NCBI GenBank assembly: GCA_027887005.1
Contig: JAPCJI010000008.1
Span: 2,162 to 66,161, forward strand
Length of the DNA stretch: 64,000 nucleotides
Direction: 5' to 3'
Source of the DNA: Nitrososphaerota archaeon
Lineage (GTDB): Archaea; Thermoproteota; Nitrososphaeria; Nitrososphaerales; Gagatemarchaeaceae
Within the stretch, counting starts at the first letter, position 1. Each line of letters opens with the position of its first letter. Under the pieces are notes generated by a model, which ran no database searches, was not told the DNA's origin, and saw nothing but the letters and a program-made list of their open reading frames with translations. Positions 62,763-64,000 of this stretch are shown here, in pieces. The translations under genes were made by a program, and so were the position numbers.

Positions 62763-64000
62763 GTGGATGAGCTCAGCCAGAACAGGGTCATAATCACAGC
62801 CGCGCTGCCCTACGCCTACGACGACCTCCACCTCGGACATGTTGCGAGCACTCATCTCCCTCCGGACATCCTCTACAGGTACCTCAAGCTGAGGGGGGTC
62901 GAGGTCTCCCAGGTCTGCGCGTCGGACGACTACGGGACCCCGATCCTCATCGCCGCGGAGAAGAAGGGAAAGCAACCCAGCGAGTACTCCGGCGAGTGGA
63001 ACAAGAGGTTCAGGGACGACCTTGAGAAGCTCGGGATAGTCTATGACGTCTTCGACAGGACGAGCTCGCCTGAGAACGTTCAGCTAGTCCAGAGGTTCTT
63101 CACGAAACTCAATGAAAACGGGTTCATCTTCGTGTCCGAGGTCGACCAGTTCTACTGCGAATACGACAAGAAATTCCTTCCTGACAGGTATGTGAAAGGC
63201 AAGTGCCCCTATTGCGGGGCTGAAGACCAGTATTCGGACGCCTGCGAGAACTGCGGAAGGACGCTCCAGCCTGGCCAAGTCTTGAACCCCCACTGCTCCA
63301 TCTGCGGGAGGGCCCCGGTGATGAGGAAGAGCAGCCACTACTTCTTCAAGCTCTCCGCCTTCTCCAAGAGACTCGAGGAGTGGCTGAACGGGAACAGGGA
63401 CCTGCAGCCAGATGCGAGGAACTACGTGCTAAACTGGATAAAGGACGGGCTCCAGGACTGGGACATCACCAGGGACATCTCCTGGGGGGTCCCGATACCG
63501 CTCAAGGAGGCGGAGGGAAAGGTGCTCTATGGCTGGTTCGACAACCATCTTTGTTACATCACCGCCGCGTTGAAGGCGGCGGGGAAGGAAGGTGAAGAAG
63601 GCAGAGAGTACTGGAACGGGGCCAGGGTCTACCACTTCATAGGCAAGGATATCGTCTATCACCACTACCTGTTCCTCCCGAGCATGAGGATGGGAGAGGG
63701 GGAGTACAAACTCCCGGACCTCATCCCCACACGAGGACACCTGCTTCTCTCCGGAAAGAAGATCTCCAGGAGCAAGCACTGGATGATCACGGTCAGGGAC
63801 TTCGTGGAGCGGTTCCCGCCAGACTATCTGAGGTTCTACCTGACGAGGATCGTGCCCTACAGCCAGTCAGACGCGAACTTCGACCTGCAGGAGTTCGGGG
63901 ACAAGATAAACAACGAGTTGGTTGCGAGCATAGGCAACTTCGTCTACAGGTCGTTGGTCTTCGTCAAGAACCGCCACGGGGGAGTAATCCCAGCCCCCGG
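62763..64000 (+). CDS. metG: methionyl-tRNA synthetase, 3'-truncated by the window edge (not in the ORF track)
   Basis: Hand translation from the GTG gives VDELSQNRVIITAALPYAYDDLHLGHVAST, which contains the HIGH motif. It also shows the zinc knuckles KCPYCGAEDQYSDACENCG and CSICG, and KISRSKH as the KMSKS motif. The frame stays open to 64000. Confidence 0.9.
   Translation, partial: MDELSQNRVIITAALPYAYDDLHLGHVASTHLPPDILYRYLKLRGVEVSQVCASDDYGTPILIAAEKKGKQPSEYSGEWNKRFRDDLEKLGIVYDVFDRTSSPENVQLVQRFFTKLNENGFIFVSEVDQFYCEYDKKFLPDRYVKGKCPYCGAEDQYSDACENCGRTLQPGQVLNPHCSICGRAPVMRKSSHYFFKLSAFSKRLEEWLNGNRDLQPDARNYVLNWIKDGLQDWDITRDISWGVPIPLKEAEGKVLYGWFDNHLCYITAALKAAGKEGEEGREYWNGARVYHFIGKDIVYHHYLFLPSMRMGEGEYKLPDLIPTRGHLLLSGKKISRSKHWMITVRDFVERFPPDYLRFYLTRIVPYSQSDANFDLQEFGDKINNELVASIGNFVYRSLVFVKNRHGGVIPAP

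Noticed and set aside
1-64000. Search by eye for CRISPR arrays, rRNA genes, integrases/recombinases, transposases and toxin-antitoxin or restriction genes
   Set aside because: I saw no regularly spaced direct repeats, no rRNA-like conserved stretches, and no ORF with tyrosine/serine recombinase, DDE, helicase-nuclease or methylase-endonuclease signatures. The islands are therefore described as degraded remnants rather than active mobile elements.

Overview
High-GC archaeal chromosomal segment. Archaeal markers include Top6A/Top6B, aIF2-beta, aSUI1, Rio1 plus a KH protein, A-type ATPase subunits I/C/K and intron-containing tRNAs. I cannot assign a lineage by eye. Most of the window is densely packed housekeeping and energy genes:
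- proline dehydrogenase with a prolidase
- PolX
- pntAA-AB-B transhydrogenase
- a complex I membrane-arm cluster, nuoH-I-J-K-(extra nuoM-like)-L-M-N
- grpE-dnaK-dnaJ
- a tightly coupled MTAP-apt-MTAP2-ahcY-metG salvage block

Two visibly AT-richer accessory stretches interrupt this, and both abut tRNA genes.
1. About 17.0-28.55 kb, ending at tRNA-Glu. It carries a circularly permuted ATP-grasp / transglutaminase / mini alpha-E operon, a split DipZ-like pair (thioredoxin-like protein plus CcdA), orphan membrane proteins, a CPBP protease, an SRPBCC protein and a bacterial-style class III adenylate cyclase with TPR repeats. Copies of the tRNA-Glu 3' end punctuate it.
2. About 44.4-46.0 kb, downstream of tRNA-Asn. 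It is bounded by a 17/18-nt direct repeat of the tRNA-Asn 3' end.

No integrase, transposase, CRISPR array or rRNA was seen.

Most notable observations:
- Three of the four tRNA genes carry extra sequence in the D-loop, which looks like non-canonical introns. tRNA-Met also has a canonical intron.
- The complex I cluster has four antiporter-like subunits and a 724-aa NuoL (2M-like). The extra subunit lacks a conserved lysine.
- The uncharacterised ATP-grasp/transglutaminase/alpha-E triad appears in an unusual arrangement.
- The A-ATPase membrane genes are detached from the rest of the operon and rearranged.

All functional calls come from reading motifs in the supplied translations. No database search was run.
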